A stretch of DNA of 64,000 bases from an uncultured Candidatus Rokubacteria bacterium (GCA_963708025.1 CAVPSB010000012.1:224001-288000); one strand, 5' to 3'; counted from the first letter of the stretch, positions 17,948-28,628 are shown. Made by a program: numbers and translations. Notes: generated by a model from the letters alone, not told the origin.

Positions 17948-19312
17948 GTGGGCACGCTCCGGGCGTCGCTCGAGCCTCGGCTGCTCTGGCTGGCGGCGTA
18001 CGTGGCGGCGGTCGTGGCGCTCTACTGGCTGGTGGGCCAGCGCTATCGCGTCAAGCACATCGACGACGCCTGGACGCTGTCGCTGGCCTACAACTTCTTC
18101 TACAAGGGCATCACGCGGGATCTCGTCTTCGAGAACCCCTGGGGCGGCCTCGGCCTTTTCGGAAAGACGTATGCCTGGACCTACGGCGGGGTGCTGCATC
18201 TCGTCGGGTGGAGCCGGGAGAACGCCTACTACGTCTCCACCGTCCTGACGGTGCTCGCGATCGGGCTCTGGGGCTGGATCATCGCGCGGCTGCGTTTCGA
18301 GCCGGCCGTGACCGTGGCCGTGACCGCGCTCATGCTGGTGATGGATCCCTTCTTCAGCGTGGCCTCTCAGGCCCGGGTCGATGCCCTGGTCTTCCTGATC
18401 GCGTCGCTCTCATTCGCGCTGTTCGTGGCCGGGCGCTTCTTCGCGGCGGGGGCGGTGGCGATGATCGGGATGGAGACCCATCCGATGGGGCTGATGGCCT
18501 TCGTGTACATGGCGGCCTACGTGGCCGCCTGGCCGGAGCGCCTGGCCCCCTCGCGACGCCACCTCGCGGTCGCGGCGGTGTCGATGGGCCTGGGCCTGGC
18601 CGCCGGCCTCGGGTACTACCTGGTGCTCCACTGGCAAGGGCTGACCGGGGTGGGGCAGGTGCTCGCCCGGGCCACGACCACCGACGTCGACGTGAACAAC
18701 TACCTGCACAACTACTTCCTGCGAACCAAGTACTACCGGCACGTGCCGGAGCTGGTGCTGTTCATCGCGGCCCTGGTGGTGTACTGGCGCAAGGGCTGGT
18801 TCCGGGACAACCGCTTCGTCGGGCTCTTCGTCGTCATCGTCGTGCTGTCCAGCCTTCTCGTCCGCCGGCCCAATTTCCTGTACGCCGTCTACGCCTATCC
18901 CGCGTTCCTGCTCCTGGTCGTCTACGGGGCCCGTCGGCTCGGGGTGCTGCGCGCCCTGGTGGCGGCGACCGTCGGCTTCCTGCTGCTCCAGTACAGCTTC
19001 GTGGCGTATCGAAACCGGGAGTTCTCCTTTCCCACCCTCGTCCGGGAGCTCGGGGCGGCGGTTCCCGGTGACGGCCTGCCGGTCTTCGGCAGCCACAACG
19101 AGTGGTTCGCGCTCCAGGACCGGAGCTTCCTGCGCTTCGAGCTGATACCGCAGAAGAAGGACGTTCCGGCCTTCTACGTGATCGAGACCGACGAGGTCAG
19201 GGCGTCGCCGGTGGACGCCTATCTCCAGGCCGCGTGTGCGCTGACACCGATTCGCTCCTTCACCCACGCGGGAGAGCTCTACCAGATCGTGAAGTGCGAT
19301 CGGCGGGGGTAG
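17948..19312 (+). CDS. Polytopic membrane glycosyltransferase (GT-C, ArnT/PMT-like)
   Basis: DDAW acidic motif after first helix, ARVD motif, many hydrophobic segments; follows GT2/WecD/WecE. Confidence 0.65.
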   Translation: MGTLRASLEPRLLWLAAYVAAVVALYWLVGQRYRVKHIDDAWTLSLAYNFFYKGITRDLVFENPWGGLGLFGKTYAWTYGGVLHLVGWSRENAYYVSTVLTVLAIGLWGWIIARLRFEPAVTVAVTALMLVMDPFFSVASQARVDALVFLIASLSFALFVAGRFFAAGAVAMIGMETHPMGLMAFVYMAAYVAAWPERLAPSRRHLAVAAVSMGLGLAAGLGYYLVLHWQGLTGVGQVLARATTTDVDVNNYLHNYFLRTKYYRHVPELVLFIAALVVYWRKGWFRDNRFVGLFVVIVVLSSLLVRRPNFLYAVYAYPAFLLLVVYGARRLGVLRALVAATVGFLLLQYSFVAYRNREFSFPTLVRELGAAVPGDGLPVFGSHNEWFALQDRSFLRFELIPQKKDVPAFYVIETDEVRASPVDAYLQAACALTPIRSFTHAGELYQIVKCDRRG

Positions 19313-19372
19313 CGCCCGGGCTTCCCCGCCCTCGGTTTCGCCGTCGGCGCCTCCCCCACCGATGTGGCGCCC

Positions 19373-19402
19373 TTGAGCCGGCTTCGCCGTCCCCATTATA
19401 AT
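19373..19402 (+). promoter_or_regulatory. Putative sigma70 promoter of hydantoinase/ABC operon
   Basis: TTGAGC (19373-19378), 18 nt, TATAAT (19397-19402) in very GC-rich context. Confidence 0.6.
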
Positions 19403-19473
19403 GAAGCATTCCCGGCGCTGGGGCACCGCGGAACCGCCGCGCGCGCCCCCGGCGCCTCGAGAGGAGACCACCC

Positions 19474-21195
19474 GTGGGCGAGCGCGTCGATCCGATCACC
19501 GTGTCCGTCATCCAGCACCGCCTCCACGCGATCGTCGAGGAGATGGGCGAGGCGATGCTGCGCACCTCCTACTCGCAGATCCTCAACTCCAGCCGCGACT
19601 TCTCGACCGCGATCTCGGACCCCGAGGGGCGGCTGGTGGCCCAGGCCGAGCACGTCCCCATCCACGTGGGGGCCCTTCCGTGGGCCGTCCAGGCGCTGCG
19701 GAAGTTCTTCGGTGACCGGGTCCGGCCGGGGGACGTTTACCTCCTGAACGACCCCTATCACGGGAACAACCACCTGCCCGATCTGACCGCCTTCGTCCCG
19801 GTGTTCGCGGACGACCGCCTGGTCTTCTGGTCGATCAACCGCTCGCACCAGAGCGACATCGGGGGTGCCACCCACGGCGCCTACAATCCGGGCGCGACCG
19901 AGATCTGGCAGGAGGGGCTCCGGATCACTCCGCTCAAGCTCTACGAGGAAGGCGTCGTCCGGGACGACGTCCTCCACATGATCGCCACCAACCTCCGCCA
20001 CCCCCGCGACTTCCGGGGCGACCTGGCGGCCATGATCGGCTCGGCGCGAGTCGGGGAGCGGCGGCTCCTGGCCCTCCTGGGCGAGTACGGGGTCGAGACG
20101 ACGCTGGCCGGGATCGAGGCGATGCTGGACGGCGCCGAGCGGCAGACGCGGGCCTGCATCGCGACGTGGAAGGACGGCGTCTATCGCGGCGAGGCGTTCC
20201 TGGACGACGACGGCCACCGCTACCAGGACGTCCACGTGCGGGCCACCGTGACCAAGAAGGGCGGGGACCTCACGGTGGACCTCACCGACTCCCACCCGCA
20301 GGTGGTCGGCTTCATCAACTCCTCGTACGCCAACATGCGCTCGGCGGTGGCGATGGCCCTGGCGTACCTGATCGATCCCCACACGCCGAAGAACGACGGC
20401 ACCTTCCGCCCGCTCCGCGTGATCGCCCGCGAGGGCACCGTCGTGTGGGCGAGCCCGCCGGCGCCGGTCACGCTCTGCACGAACCACTGCGCCCAGGAGA
20501 TCGGCGAGGCCATCATCAAGGCGCTGGCCGCCGCCTGCCCGGACCGCGCGATGGCCGGCTGGGGGCGCCGCTTCCGGATCGCCATCCAGGGGCGGGACCC
20601 GCGCTCGGGCCGGCCCTTCATCTGGCACATGTTCCACGCCCGGCCGGGCGGGGGCGCCTCGTCGGCCGGCGACGGCTGGCCGGGAATCGGGGAGTGGCAG
20701 GCCGCCGGCGGCATCAAGTTCGGCTCGGTCGAGGTCACCGAGGTGCGCTTCCCGCTCTTCTTCCGGCGCCACGAGTTCCGGCCGGACTCGGCCGGGGACG
20801 GCCGGTACCGGGGGGGCACCGGTGGCGTGCTCGAGCTGGTGGCCGAGATCGAGGAGCCGGCGACGGCGAACACGGCGGGGGACGGCGTCCGCTACGGCGC
20901 CTGCGGGATGGCCGGCGGCCAGGACGGGCTGCCCCACCGCTACCGGCTCCGCTCGAAGAGCGGCCTCCGGGTGCTCAAGACCAAGGAGGTCGGGATCCCG
21001 GTGGGCCCCGGCGACGTGTTCCTCGTCGAGTCCGGGGGCGGCGGGGGCTGGGGCGACCCGCGGAAGCGGACGGCGGAGGCCCGGGCCGCCGACCTGGCGA
21101 ACGGCTTCGTGACCCGGGACGGCCGCAAGAACGGTGCCGGCCGCGCCCGCCGACCCGCGGCCCGCCCGCCGAAGCGCGCCGGGCGGAGGGGCTGA
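19474..21195 (+). CDS. Hydantoinase B/oxoprolinase family protein
   Basis: DPIT...EEMG, RDFS, NDPY.GNNHLPD, HQSDIGG, GGGGWGDP. Confidence 0.95.
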   Translation: MGERVDPITVSVIQHRLHAIVEEMGEAMLRTSYSQILNSSRDFSTAISDPEGRLVAQAEHVPIHVGALPWAVQALRKFFGDRVRPGDVYLLNDPYHGNNHLPDLTAFVPVFADDRLVFWSINRSHQSDIGGATHGAYNPGATEIWQEGLRITPLKLYEEGVVRDDVLHMIATNLRHPRDFRGDLAAMIGSARVGERRLLALLGEYGVETTLAGIEAMLDGAERQTRACIATWKDGVYRGEAFLDDDGHRYQDVHVRATVTKKGGDLTVDLTDSHPQVVGFINSSYANMRSAVAMALAYLIDPHTPKNDGTFRPLRVIAREGTVVWASPPAPVTLCTNHCAQEIGEAIIKALAAACPDRAMAGWGRRFRIAIQGRDPRSGRPFIWHMFHARPGGGASSAGDGWPGIGEWQAAGGIKFGSVEVTEVRFPLFFRRHEFRPDSAGDGRYRGGTGGVLELVAEIEEPATANTAGDGVRYGACGMAGGQDGLPHRYRLRSKSGLRVLKTKEVGIPVGPGDVFLVESGGGGGWGDPRKRTAEARAADLANGFVTRDGRKNGAGRARRPAARPPKRAGRRG

Positions 21196-21199
21196 GCCC

Positions 21200-23239
21200 A
21201 TGTACCGGATCGGCATCGACGTGGGCGGCACCTTCACCGACTTGGTCGCGGTGGACGACGCCGGACGGGTCGTCCTGGCCAAGGCGGCGTCCACGCCCCG
21301 GGACCCCTCCATCGGCGTCCTGGACGGCCTCGGCCGGCTGGCGACCGTCCTCGGCACCGACACACGGAGCTTGCTCCAGACCACCGAGCGCATCGTCCAC
21401 GGCACCACGGTGGCGACGAACGCGCTCCTCGAGCACAAGGGCGCCCGGGTCGGGCTCCTCACGACCGAGGGCCACCGCGACGTCATCGAGATGCGCGAGG
21501 GGCTGAAGGACGACCGCTACAACCTGCGGATGCCGGCGCCCGAGCCGCTGGTCCCGCGCGCGCGGCGAATCGGCGTCCGCGAGCGGCTCCGCGCCGACGG
21601 CCGCGTGGCGACGCCGCTCGATTCGCGCTCGCTCGAGCGCGCCATCGGCCAGCTCAAGCGCGACGCCGTCGAGGCAGTCGCCGTCTGCTACCTGCACGCC
21701 TACCGCGATCCCCGGCACGAGGTGGCGACGCGGGCGGCCCTCGCCAAGGCGCTGCCCGGCGTCTACGTGTCGCTCTCCTCGGAGGTGCTGCCCCAGATCA
21801 AGGAGTACGAGCGGGTCTGCACGACCGTCGTCAACGCCTACGTCGGGCCGATCCTCTCCCGCTATCTGGCCCGGCTCGGCACCCGGCTGAAGGACGCCGG
21901 CTACGCGGCCCCCATCCTCATCATGCAATCGCACGGCGGCGTCGTCCCGATCGACGAGGCCGTGCGGCTCGCGGCCGGCGCGGTCCTCTCGGGACCGGCC
22001 GGGGGTGTCGCCGGGAGCCGGTACTGCGCGCGGCTCCTCGGCGAGGGCAACCTGATCCCGTTCGACATGGGCGGGACCAGCACCGACATCTCGCTGATCG
22101 TCAACGGCGAGCCCCAGCTCGCGGTCGACCGGTCGGTGGCCCTCCAGCGGGTGTCGCTCCCGAGCCTCGACATCGCGAGCCTCGGGGCGGGCGGGGGCTC
22201 GATCGGCTGGGTGGACGCCGGCGGCATCCTGCACGTCGGGCCGGAGAGCGCCGGGGCCGATCCCGGCCCGGCCTGCTATGGCAAGGGCGGCCGGGCGCCC
22301 ACGGTGACCGACGCCAACCTGGTGCTGGGCTACCTCGATCCCGCCAACTTCCTCGGCGGCCAGACCCGGCTCGACGCCCGGGCGGCGCGGACGGTGATCG
22401 AGGCGCTGGCCGAGCGGCTCCACACCGACACCATCGCCACCGCCGACGGGATCCACCAGGTGGTCAACACGCGGATGGCCGAGGGCATCCGGCTCGTCTC
22501 GGTCCGCCGCGGCGTCGATCCCCGGCGGTTCGCCCTGCTGGCGTTCGGAGGCGCGGCGGGCCTCCACATCACCGACGTGGCCCGGCGGCTCGAGATCCGG
22601 CGCGTGGTGCTGCCCCGGGTGGCGGCGGTGCTGTCGGCGTGGGGCATGCTGGCGACCGACCTCCGCTACGAGGTCGTGCGCACCCACATCGGCGACGTGA
22701 AGACGATGGGAGAGGTGGCGCTGCGGCGGGTCCTGGCCCAGATGGAGGCGGAGGGCCGGAAGCGGCTCCGGGCGGCGTTCAAGGGCCCGGTCCGGATCCA
22801 GCGGGCCGTGGACATGCGGTACGGGGAGCAGATCTTCGAGATCGGCGTATCGCTCGACGGCCTCGACCTCGGCGCGCCGGACCTCATGAAGGAGGTGGTG
22901 GAGCGCTTCCACCGCCGGCACGAGGAGCTGTACACCTACAGCGTCCGGGACCAGGAGGTGGTGCTGGTCAACGCCCGGGTGGCGGTGGTCGGCGAGCTGC
23001 CCGAGCTGCCCCGGGAGCCGGCGGTGACGGCCCGGACGGCGGCGGCGCCGCGGACCCGGCGCCGGGTCTATCTCGGCGACTGGCGCGAGGTGCCGGTCTT
23101 CGACCTGGAGGCCGTCGCCCCGGGCCAGCGGCTGGAAGGCCCGGCAGTCGTGGAGGCGGCGACCACGACCGTGCTGCTCCGGGCTGGCGAGCGGGCGGTG
23201 GTGACATCGCTCGGATGGCTCGACATTTCAATCAGTTGA
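21200..23239 (+). CDS. Hydantoinase A/oxoprolinase family protein
   Basis: GIDVGGTFTD, HGTTVATN, SGPAGG, DMGGTSTD, GAGGGS, PGPACYG. Confidence 0.95.
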   Translation: MYRIGIDVGGTFTDLVAVDDAGRVVLAKAASTPRDPSIGVLDGLGRLATVLGTDTRSLLQTTERIVHGTTVATNALLEHKGARVGLLTTEGHRDVIEMREGLKDDRYNLRMPAPEPLVPRARRIGVRERLRADGRVATPLDSRSLERAIGQLKRDAVEAVAVCYLHAYRDPRHEVATRAALAKALPGVYVSLSSEVLPQIKEYERVCTTVVNAYVGPILSRYLARLGTRLKDAGYAAPILIMQSHGGVVPIDEAVRLAAGAVLSGPAGGVAGSRYCARLLGEGNLIPFDMGGTSTDISLIVNGEPQLAVDRSVALQRVSLPSLDIASLGAGGGSIGWVDAGGILHVGPESAGADPGPACYGKGGRAPTVTDANLVLGYLDPANFLGGQTRLDARAARTVIEALAERLHTDTIATADGIHQVVNTRMAEGIRLVSVRRGVDPRRFALLAFGGAAGLHITDVARRLEIRRVVLPRVAAVLSAWGMLATDLRYEVVRTHIGDVKTMGEVALRRVLAQMEAEGRKRLRAAFKGPVRIQRAVDMRYGEQIFEIGVSLDGLDLGAPDLMKEVVERFHRRHEELYTYSVRDQEVVLVNARVAVVGELPELPREPAVTARTAAAPRTRRRVYLGDWREVPVFDLEAVAPGQRLEGPAVVEAATTTVLLRAGERAVVTSLGWLDISIS

Positions 23240-23249
23240 GGAGGAAGCC

Positions 23250-24488
23250 ATGCGAAGGATCATGATCGGGGTCGGGCTCGTGACGGTTTTCCTGCTGGCC
23301 GGGCTGACGGCGGCGCCGCCGGCCGGGGCGGCCGACGAGGTCCGGATCGGTGTGCTCTCGCCGATGACGGGCCCCAACGCGAAGTTCGGGGCGATCCAGA
23401 AGAACACGCTGACGCTGGCAGTCGAGGACCTCAACCAGGCCGGCGGCATCAAGTCGATGGGCGGGGCGAAGATCCGGCTGGTCTTCGGCGACACGCGGGG
23501 CGAGGCCGACATCGGGGTGACGGAGACCGAGCGGCTGATCACCAAGGAGAAGGTTCACGCCCTGATCGGCGCCTTCCAGAGCGGGGTTGGCTTCCCGTCC
23601 TCGGCGGTGGCCGAGCGCTACCAGGTCCCGTGGCTCACCTTCGGGACGTTCGACCGGATCACTCAGCGCGGCTTCAAGTACGTCTTCCGGGCCCACGCCA
23701 ACGACACCATCAAGGCGCGGACCCTCATCGAGGGCCTCGCCGCCATCGCCAAGCGGTCGGGCGGGGTGAAGAGCGCGGTGATCTTCAGCGAGAACACCGA
23801 CTGGGGAAAGTCGGTCGGCGACAAGCAGAAGGGCTTCCTGGAGACCCAGGGGGTGAAGGTCCACTTCGTCGAGCACTACCCCTTCGCGGCCCCCGACCTC
23901 ACCTCGATGGTGGTGAAGGCCAAGGGGCTCCAGCCCGAGCTGGTCGTCGCGAACTCCTACCTGGGCGACGCGCTCCTGATCACCCGCCAGATGGACGAGC
24001 AGGAGCTGCGGCCTCAGGTGTACGCGGCCGGCGGCGGCGGGCACCTCCAGCCCGACTACCTCAAGGGCGCCGGCAAGCTGGCCGAGGGCGTGTTCGCCGC
24101 CACGATGTGGGACGCGGCGGTCGGGAAGGCGGTGCCCTGGATCAAGGCCGAGAACGACCGGCACGTCGCCCGCTTCGGCATGCCGATGACCGAGGACTCG
24201 GCCGGCTACTACCAGGGGTTCCAGATCATCGTGGACGCGCTGGAGCGGGCCAAGACCTCCGAGGCCAAGGCGCTGCGCGACGCGATCGCCGCCACCAGCA
24301 TCACCGACATCAACCACAAGGCGATGCTGCTGCCCTACAAGCAGATCCGGTTCGACGAGACCGGCCAGAACCCGTTCGCCACCGCCATGGTGGTCCAGAT
24401 CCAGGACGGGAAGTTCCGCCTCGTCGCTCCGGAGCACGTGGCCGAGCCCGACGCCAAGGTGATCTGGCCGTATCCGCGGTCCAAGTAG
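23250..24488 (+). CDS. Branched-chain amino acid-type ABC substrate-binding protein
   Basis: Signal peptide, IGVLSPMTG, NQAGGI, Liv-type operon context. Confidence 0.92.
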   Translation: MRRIMIGVGLVTVFLLAGLTAAPPAGAADEVRIGVLSPMTGPNAKFGAIQKNTLTLAVEDLNQAGGIKSMGGAKIRLVFGDTRGEADIGVTETERLITKEKVHALIGAFQSGVGFPSSAVAERYQVPWLTFGTFDRITQRGFKYVFRAHANDTIKARTLIEGLAAIAKRSGGVKSAVIFSENTDWGKSVGDKQKGFLETQGVKVHFVEHYPFAAPDLTSMVVKAKGLQPELVVANSYLGDALLITRQMDEQELRPQVYAAGGGGHLQPDYLKGAGKLAEGVFAATMWDAAVGKAVPWIKAENDRHVARFGMPMTEDSAGYYQGFQIIVDALERAKTSEAKALRDAIAATSITDINHKAMLLPYKQIRFDETGQNPFATAMVVQIQDGKFRLVAPEHVAEPDAKVIWPYPRSK

Positions 24489-24542
24489 GCTGATCGGCGC
24501 GGGGCACCCCGCCGGCCGGGGCCCCGCGCCTCCCCCTCTTCG

Positions 24543-25421
24543 GTGCGGACACTCCTGCAGGGCGCGATCGGCGGCCTCCTGATCGGGGGCGTCTACGCCC
24601 TGGTGGCGCTCGGACTCAACATCGTCTTCGGCACGATGCGGGTCGTCAACTTCGCCCAGGGCACGCTCCTCATGGTCGGGATGTTCGGCGTCTACTGGCT
24701 GTGGGCCCTGACCGGCCTCCACCCGTACCTCTCGCCGCTGGTCACCGTCCCCCTGCTCTTCGGCCTCGGGTACCTCGTCCAGCAGACGCTGGTCGCGCCC
24801 CTGTTCGCCCGCGAGCGGGGCCGGGAGCCGATGAGCGTCCTCCTTCTCACCCTCGGGCTGGCCCTCGTGCTCGAGAACCTCGCCCTGCTCCTTTTCGCCG
24901 CCGACTTCAAGACCGTCGACACCAGCATCGGGCGCCAGACCTTCAAGGTAGCCGGCCTCATCGTCAGCGTGCCGCGGCTCGTCGGCCTGGGCGCGATGCT
25001 GGCGACCGGCGCCGGGCTCTACCTCTTCTTCACGCGGACAGACCTCGGCCGGGCCATCCGGGCCACCGGCCAGGACCGGCAGGTGGCGCGGCTCATGGGC
25101 ATCGACGACCGGCGGATCTACAACGTCGCGTTCGGGCTCAGCGCCGGCCTCATGGGGATCGCGGCCGCCGTCCTGGTCCCGTTCTTCTACGTCCACCCGG
25201 CGGTCGGGACGTCGTTCCTCCTCAGGGCGTTCGTGATCGTCGTCCTGGGCGGTCTCGGCAGCATGCCGGGCGCGGTGCTGGGCGGCCTCCTCGTCGGCGT
25301 GATCGAGGGCCTGGTCGGCCTCTACGTCCAGGCGGCGGCCGCCCAGATCGTGCTGTTCGCGATCTTCATCGCCATGGTGTTCGCTCGGCCGACCGGACTT
25401 CTCGGCGTGGAGCGCCAGTGA
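24543..25421 (+). CDS. livH: Liv-type ABC permease
   Basis: YALVALGL..VFG..RVVNFAQG, VLGGLGS, RPTGL. Confidence 0.92.
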   Translation: MRTLLQGAIGGLLIGGVYALVALGLNIVFGTMRVVNFAQGTLLMVGMFGVYWLWALTGLHPYLSPLVTVPLLFGLGYLVQQTLVAPLFARERGREPMSVLLLTLGLALVLENLALLLFAADFKTVDTSIGRQTFKVAGLIVSVPRLVGLGAMLATGAGLYLFFTRTDLGRAIRATGQDRQVARLMGIDDRRIYNVAFGLSAGLMGIAAAVLVPFFYVHPAVGTSFLLRAFVIVVLGGLGSMPGAVLGGLLVGVIEGLVGLYVQAAAAQIVLFAIFIAMVFARPTGLLGVERQ

Positions 25422-25473
25422 GACATCTCGAGCTAGCCGCTTCATTCCGACGACGCCGTACCCCACCGGGATT

Positions 25474-25578
25474 GCGGGTTGCCCCCCCTCCCCCCGCCGA
25501 AGGCCGAAGGCCGTCCGATCGCCCGGGAGGGGTCGCCACAGGCCGAAGGCCGTCAAAGGGTGGGGGTGGACCCGAATG
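25474..25578 (+). repeat. C-tract/G-tract repeat, copy B, with two GGCCGAAGGCC modules; ends on the livM ATG
   Basis: Modules at 25502-25512 and 25541-25551; ends GGACCCGA-ATG (25576). Confidence 0.8.
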
Positions 25579-27423
25579 AACATGAACCGGACGGAGCGGT
25601 TGATCGGCCTCGGTCTCGGCGGGCTCGTCGTCGCCGCCGTCGCGCTGGTGCCGGTGGCGACGCGTCTCGTCCTGGCCGACGACAACTACTGGCTCCAAGT
25701 GGCCATCTGGGTCCTGTTCTTCGCGTACCTTTCCGCGGCCTGGAATCTGATCGGCGGCTTCGCCGGCCAGTACTCGATCGGCCACGCCGGGCTGCTCGGC
25801 ATCGGCGCCTACGCCTCGTCGCTCCTCTACATCCACGTCGGGCTCTCCCCCTGGCTCGGCATGCTGGCCGGCGGCGTGGTGGCGGCGATCGTGGGCGGGG
25901 TGATCGGCTACCCGTGCTTCCGCCTGCGGGGCGCCTTCTTCTCCCTGGTCACCATCGCGTTCGCGGAGATGCTCCGGGTGGGCACGGAACTGACCGACAC
26001 GCTCTTCGGGCTCGAGGTCAACGGGGTGAGCGGCCTCCTCCTGCCGGTCCGCGGCCACGACCCGGCCGCGTTCCAGTTCGTGGACAAGCGCTTCTACTAC
26101 TACGTGATGCTGGCGCTGCTCCTCGCCGTCCTGGCGGTGGGCTGGGCGGTGAAGCGCTCGCGGCTCGGCTTCTACCTGGCGGCGATCGGCGACGACGAGG
26201 ACGCGGTGTCGAGCCTCGGGATCAACCCGGCCCGGGCCAAGCTGGCCGCGATGCTGCTCTCGGCTTTCTTCACCGCGATGGCGGGCACGTTCTACGCTCA
26301 GTTCATCCTGTTCATCACGCCGACCCGGACGATGGGCCTCGACTTCTCGGTGCAGATGGTGATCATGGCGGTCCTCGGCGGATTGGGCACGGTGCTCGGC
26401 CCGGTCTACGGCGCGCTCATCCTGGTGCCGATCGCCGAGCTGACCCGGGCGACGTGGGGCGGGGGGCTCCAGGGGGCGCACCTCATCGTCTACGGTGCCC
26501 TGCTCATGGGCGTCATCCTGTACGCGCCCCAGGGCGTCGAGGGCTGGGTCCGCCGCCGGGCCGCCGGGCTCGTCCGGTGGCTGGCCGCCCGGGTGGCGCC
26601 ACCGGCGCCGTCGGCGGCCCCCGTGGTCGCCAATCGCCCGGAGATCGTCCTCCCGGACGGCGCGCTGCTCGGGGACCGCCCGGCGGCGGGCGCCGGCGCG
26701 CCGCGTCTGGTGCTCGGCCAGGTCGGCCGCCGGTTCGGCGGCGCGGTGGCGCTCCGCGACTTCACCCTCCAGGTCGAGCCGGGCGAGGCCGTAGGGCTGA
26801 TCGGCCCGAACGGGGCCGGGAAGACGACGGTCTTCAACCTGGTCACCGGCTTCCTCCGGCCGAGCGCCGGCGCCATCGCCTACGGCGGCATCGACCTCAC
26901 CCGCCTCCGCCCCGACGCCATCAACCGGCTGGGCATCGCCCGCACGTTCCAGATCGTCCGGCCCTTCACCCGGCTCACCACGCGCGACAACGTCGTGGTG
27001 GCCGCCCTGCCGCGGGCCCGCGGGATCGCCGAGGCCCGGCGGGAGGCCGAGCGCTGCCTGGCCTTCGTCGGCCTCCGGCACCGGGCGGCGGTGCTCGCCG
27101 ACGGCCTGAGCACGGGGGAGCGGAAGCGGCTCGAGCTGGCCCGGGCCCTGGCGACCCGGCCGCGGCTCCTGCTCCTCGACGAGGTCATGGGCGGCGTCGA
27201 CCAGGCCAGCCTGCCCGGGCTGGTGGCGCTCATCCAGAAGATCAAGCGGGAAGGCCTGACCCTCCTGATCATCGAGCACAACCTCCGCGCCGTGACCGCG
27301 GTCGCCGACCGCCTGGTGATGCTGCACCTCGGGGAGAAGGTCTGCGAAGGCCTGCCGGATGCCGTCGTCCGCGACCCCCAGGTCGTGGAGATCTACGTGG
27401 GAGGGGCGCCTGCTCTCCGTTGA
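25576..27423 (+). CDS. Fused Liv-type permease (LivM) and ATPase (LivG)
   Basis: WNLIGGFAGQYSIGH permease, then GPNGAGKTT and LLLDE in one frame. Confidence 0.92.
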   Translation: MNMNRTERLIGLGLGGLVVAAVALVPVATRLVLADDNYWLQVAIWVLFFAYLSAAWNLIGGFAGQYSIGHAGLLGIGAYASSLLYIHVGLSPWLGMLAGGVVAAIVGGVIGYPCFRLRGAFFSLVTIAFAEMLRVGTELTDTLFGLEVNGVSGLLLPVRGHDPAAFQFVDKRFYYYVMLALLLAVLAVGWAVKRSRLGFYLAAIGDDEDAVSSLGINPARAKLAAMLLSAFFTAMAGTFYAQFILFITPTRTMGLDFSVQMVIMAVLGGLGTVLGPVYGALILVPIAELTRATWGGGLQGAHLIVYGALLMGVILYAPQGVEGWVRRRAAGLVRWLAARVAPPAPSAAPVVANRPEIVLPDGALLGDRPAAGAGAPRLVLGQVGRRFGGAVALRDFTLQVEPGEAVGLIGPNGAGKTTVFNLVTGFLRPSAGAIAYGGIDLTRLRPDAINRLGIARTFQIVRPFTRLTTRDNVVVAALPRARGIAEARREAERCLAFVGLRHRAAVLADGLSTGERKRLELARALATRPRLLLLDEVMGGVDQASLPGLVALIQKIKREGLTLLIIEHNLRAVTAVADRLVMLHLGEKVCEGLPDAVVRDPQVVEIYVGGAPALR

Positions 27424-28135
27424 GGCGCTCGAGGTCCGCTACGGCGGCTACCTGGCCCTGAGCGGGGTGTCGCTCGAGGTCGGCCCGGGGGAAGTGGCGT
27501 GCCTCATGGGGGCCAACGGCTCGGGGAAGAGCTCGCTCCTCAACGCGGTCTCCGGCCTGGTGCGGCCGGCGGCGGGCACGGTGCGCTTCGACCGGCGCCC
27601 GATCACCGAGGTGCCCACGCATCGCCTTCTCGGGCTCGGGCTCGCCCACGTCCTGGAGCGGCGGCGGCTGTTCCCCTATATGACCGTGCTCGAGAACCTG
27701 CTGCTCGGCGCGTACCTGCCGGCCCTGCGCCCCGAGCGGGCGGCGGCGCTGGAGCGGGTGTACGCGCTCTTCCCGGTCCTCCGGGAGCGGGCCCGCCAGC
27801 TCGCCTCGACGCTCTCCGGCGGCGAGCAGCAGATGGTGGCCATCGCGCGGGCCCTGATGGCGCGTCCGCGGTTCCTCATGATGGACGAGCCGTTCCTGGG
27901 GCTGGCCCCCCGGCTCGTGCTCACGATGGCCGAGACGATCCAGCGGATCAACGCCGAGGGCGTCACCGTGCTCTTCACGGAGCAGAACATCCAGCAGTCC
28001 CTGGCCATCTCCCACCGGGGCTACGTGCTCGAGAGCGGGCGGCTCGTCATGGCCGGCCGGAGCGCCGACCTCCTCGCCGACGAGCGCCTCCATCGCGCCT
28101 ACATGGGGCTGGACGGCGGAGCGACCGTCAGCTAG
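27410..28135 (+). CDS. livF: Liv-type ABC ATP-binding protein
   Basis: GANGSGKS, LSGGEQQM, MDEP..GLAP; start appears to be CTG at 27410 after GGAGGGG (non-canonical or a sequencing error). Confidence 0.9.
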   Translation: MLSVEALEVRYGGYLALSGVSLEVGPGEVACLMGANGSGKSSLLNAVSGLVRPAAGTVRFDRRPITEVPTHRLLGLGLAHVLERRRLFPYMTVLENLLLGAYLPALRPERAAALERVYALFPVLRERARQLASTLSGGEQQMVAIARALMARPRFLMMDEPFLGLAPRLVLTMAETIQRINAEGVTVLFTEQNIQQSLAISHRGYVLESGRLVMAGRSADLLADERLHRAYMGLDGGATVS

Positions 28136-28160
28136 CCGAGAGGCTCCTCGCGATGCCGGC

Positions 28161-28628
28161 TCAGGTGGCTTCCGTTGGGGGCTGAATCATGTTCAGGATT
28201 GGGCGGGCCAGATAGAGTCGGCCCCACGCGCGCCCGGTAATCTCCTGGAGTATCCCCTGCTTCTCCAGCTGCGCGACGACCTGGCGAGCAGTTGGATTCG
28301 AGACGCCGAGCGCCTTGGCTGCGCGCGCGACCGTGACGTATGGGTTCATGAAGAGCTCGTCGACGAGCGCCAGAGCCCTGGGCTTCCCGCGCAGGGTACC
28401 CCGCCACCGCTCGCGCAAGGCCATGAGGTCGCCGGCCCGTTGCACCGCTTCACGGGCGGCCTCCGTGATGCCGACGAGGAAGAAATGGAGCCAGCTGGTC
28501 CAGTCACCGTGGGTCCTCACCCGCTGTAGGCAGTCGTAGTATTCGCCGCGGTGCCGCTCGCAGAAAGCGGACCAGTACAGAAGCGGCTGGGACAAGCGGC
28601 CTCGCTCGATCAGGAACAGCGGGATCAG
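28161..28628 (-). pseudogene. C-terminal half of a Fic-family protein (catalytic HPF.DGNGR motif lost)
   Basis: LIPLFL....LSQPLLY.S.F.E.HR.EYY..L..VR..GDW..WL.FFL plus C-terminal HTH ending GIL.EITGR; lower GC; no start. Confidence 0.85.
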
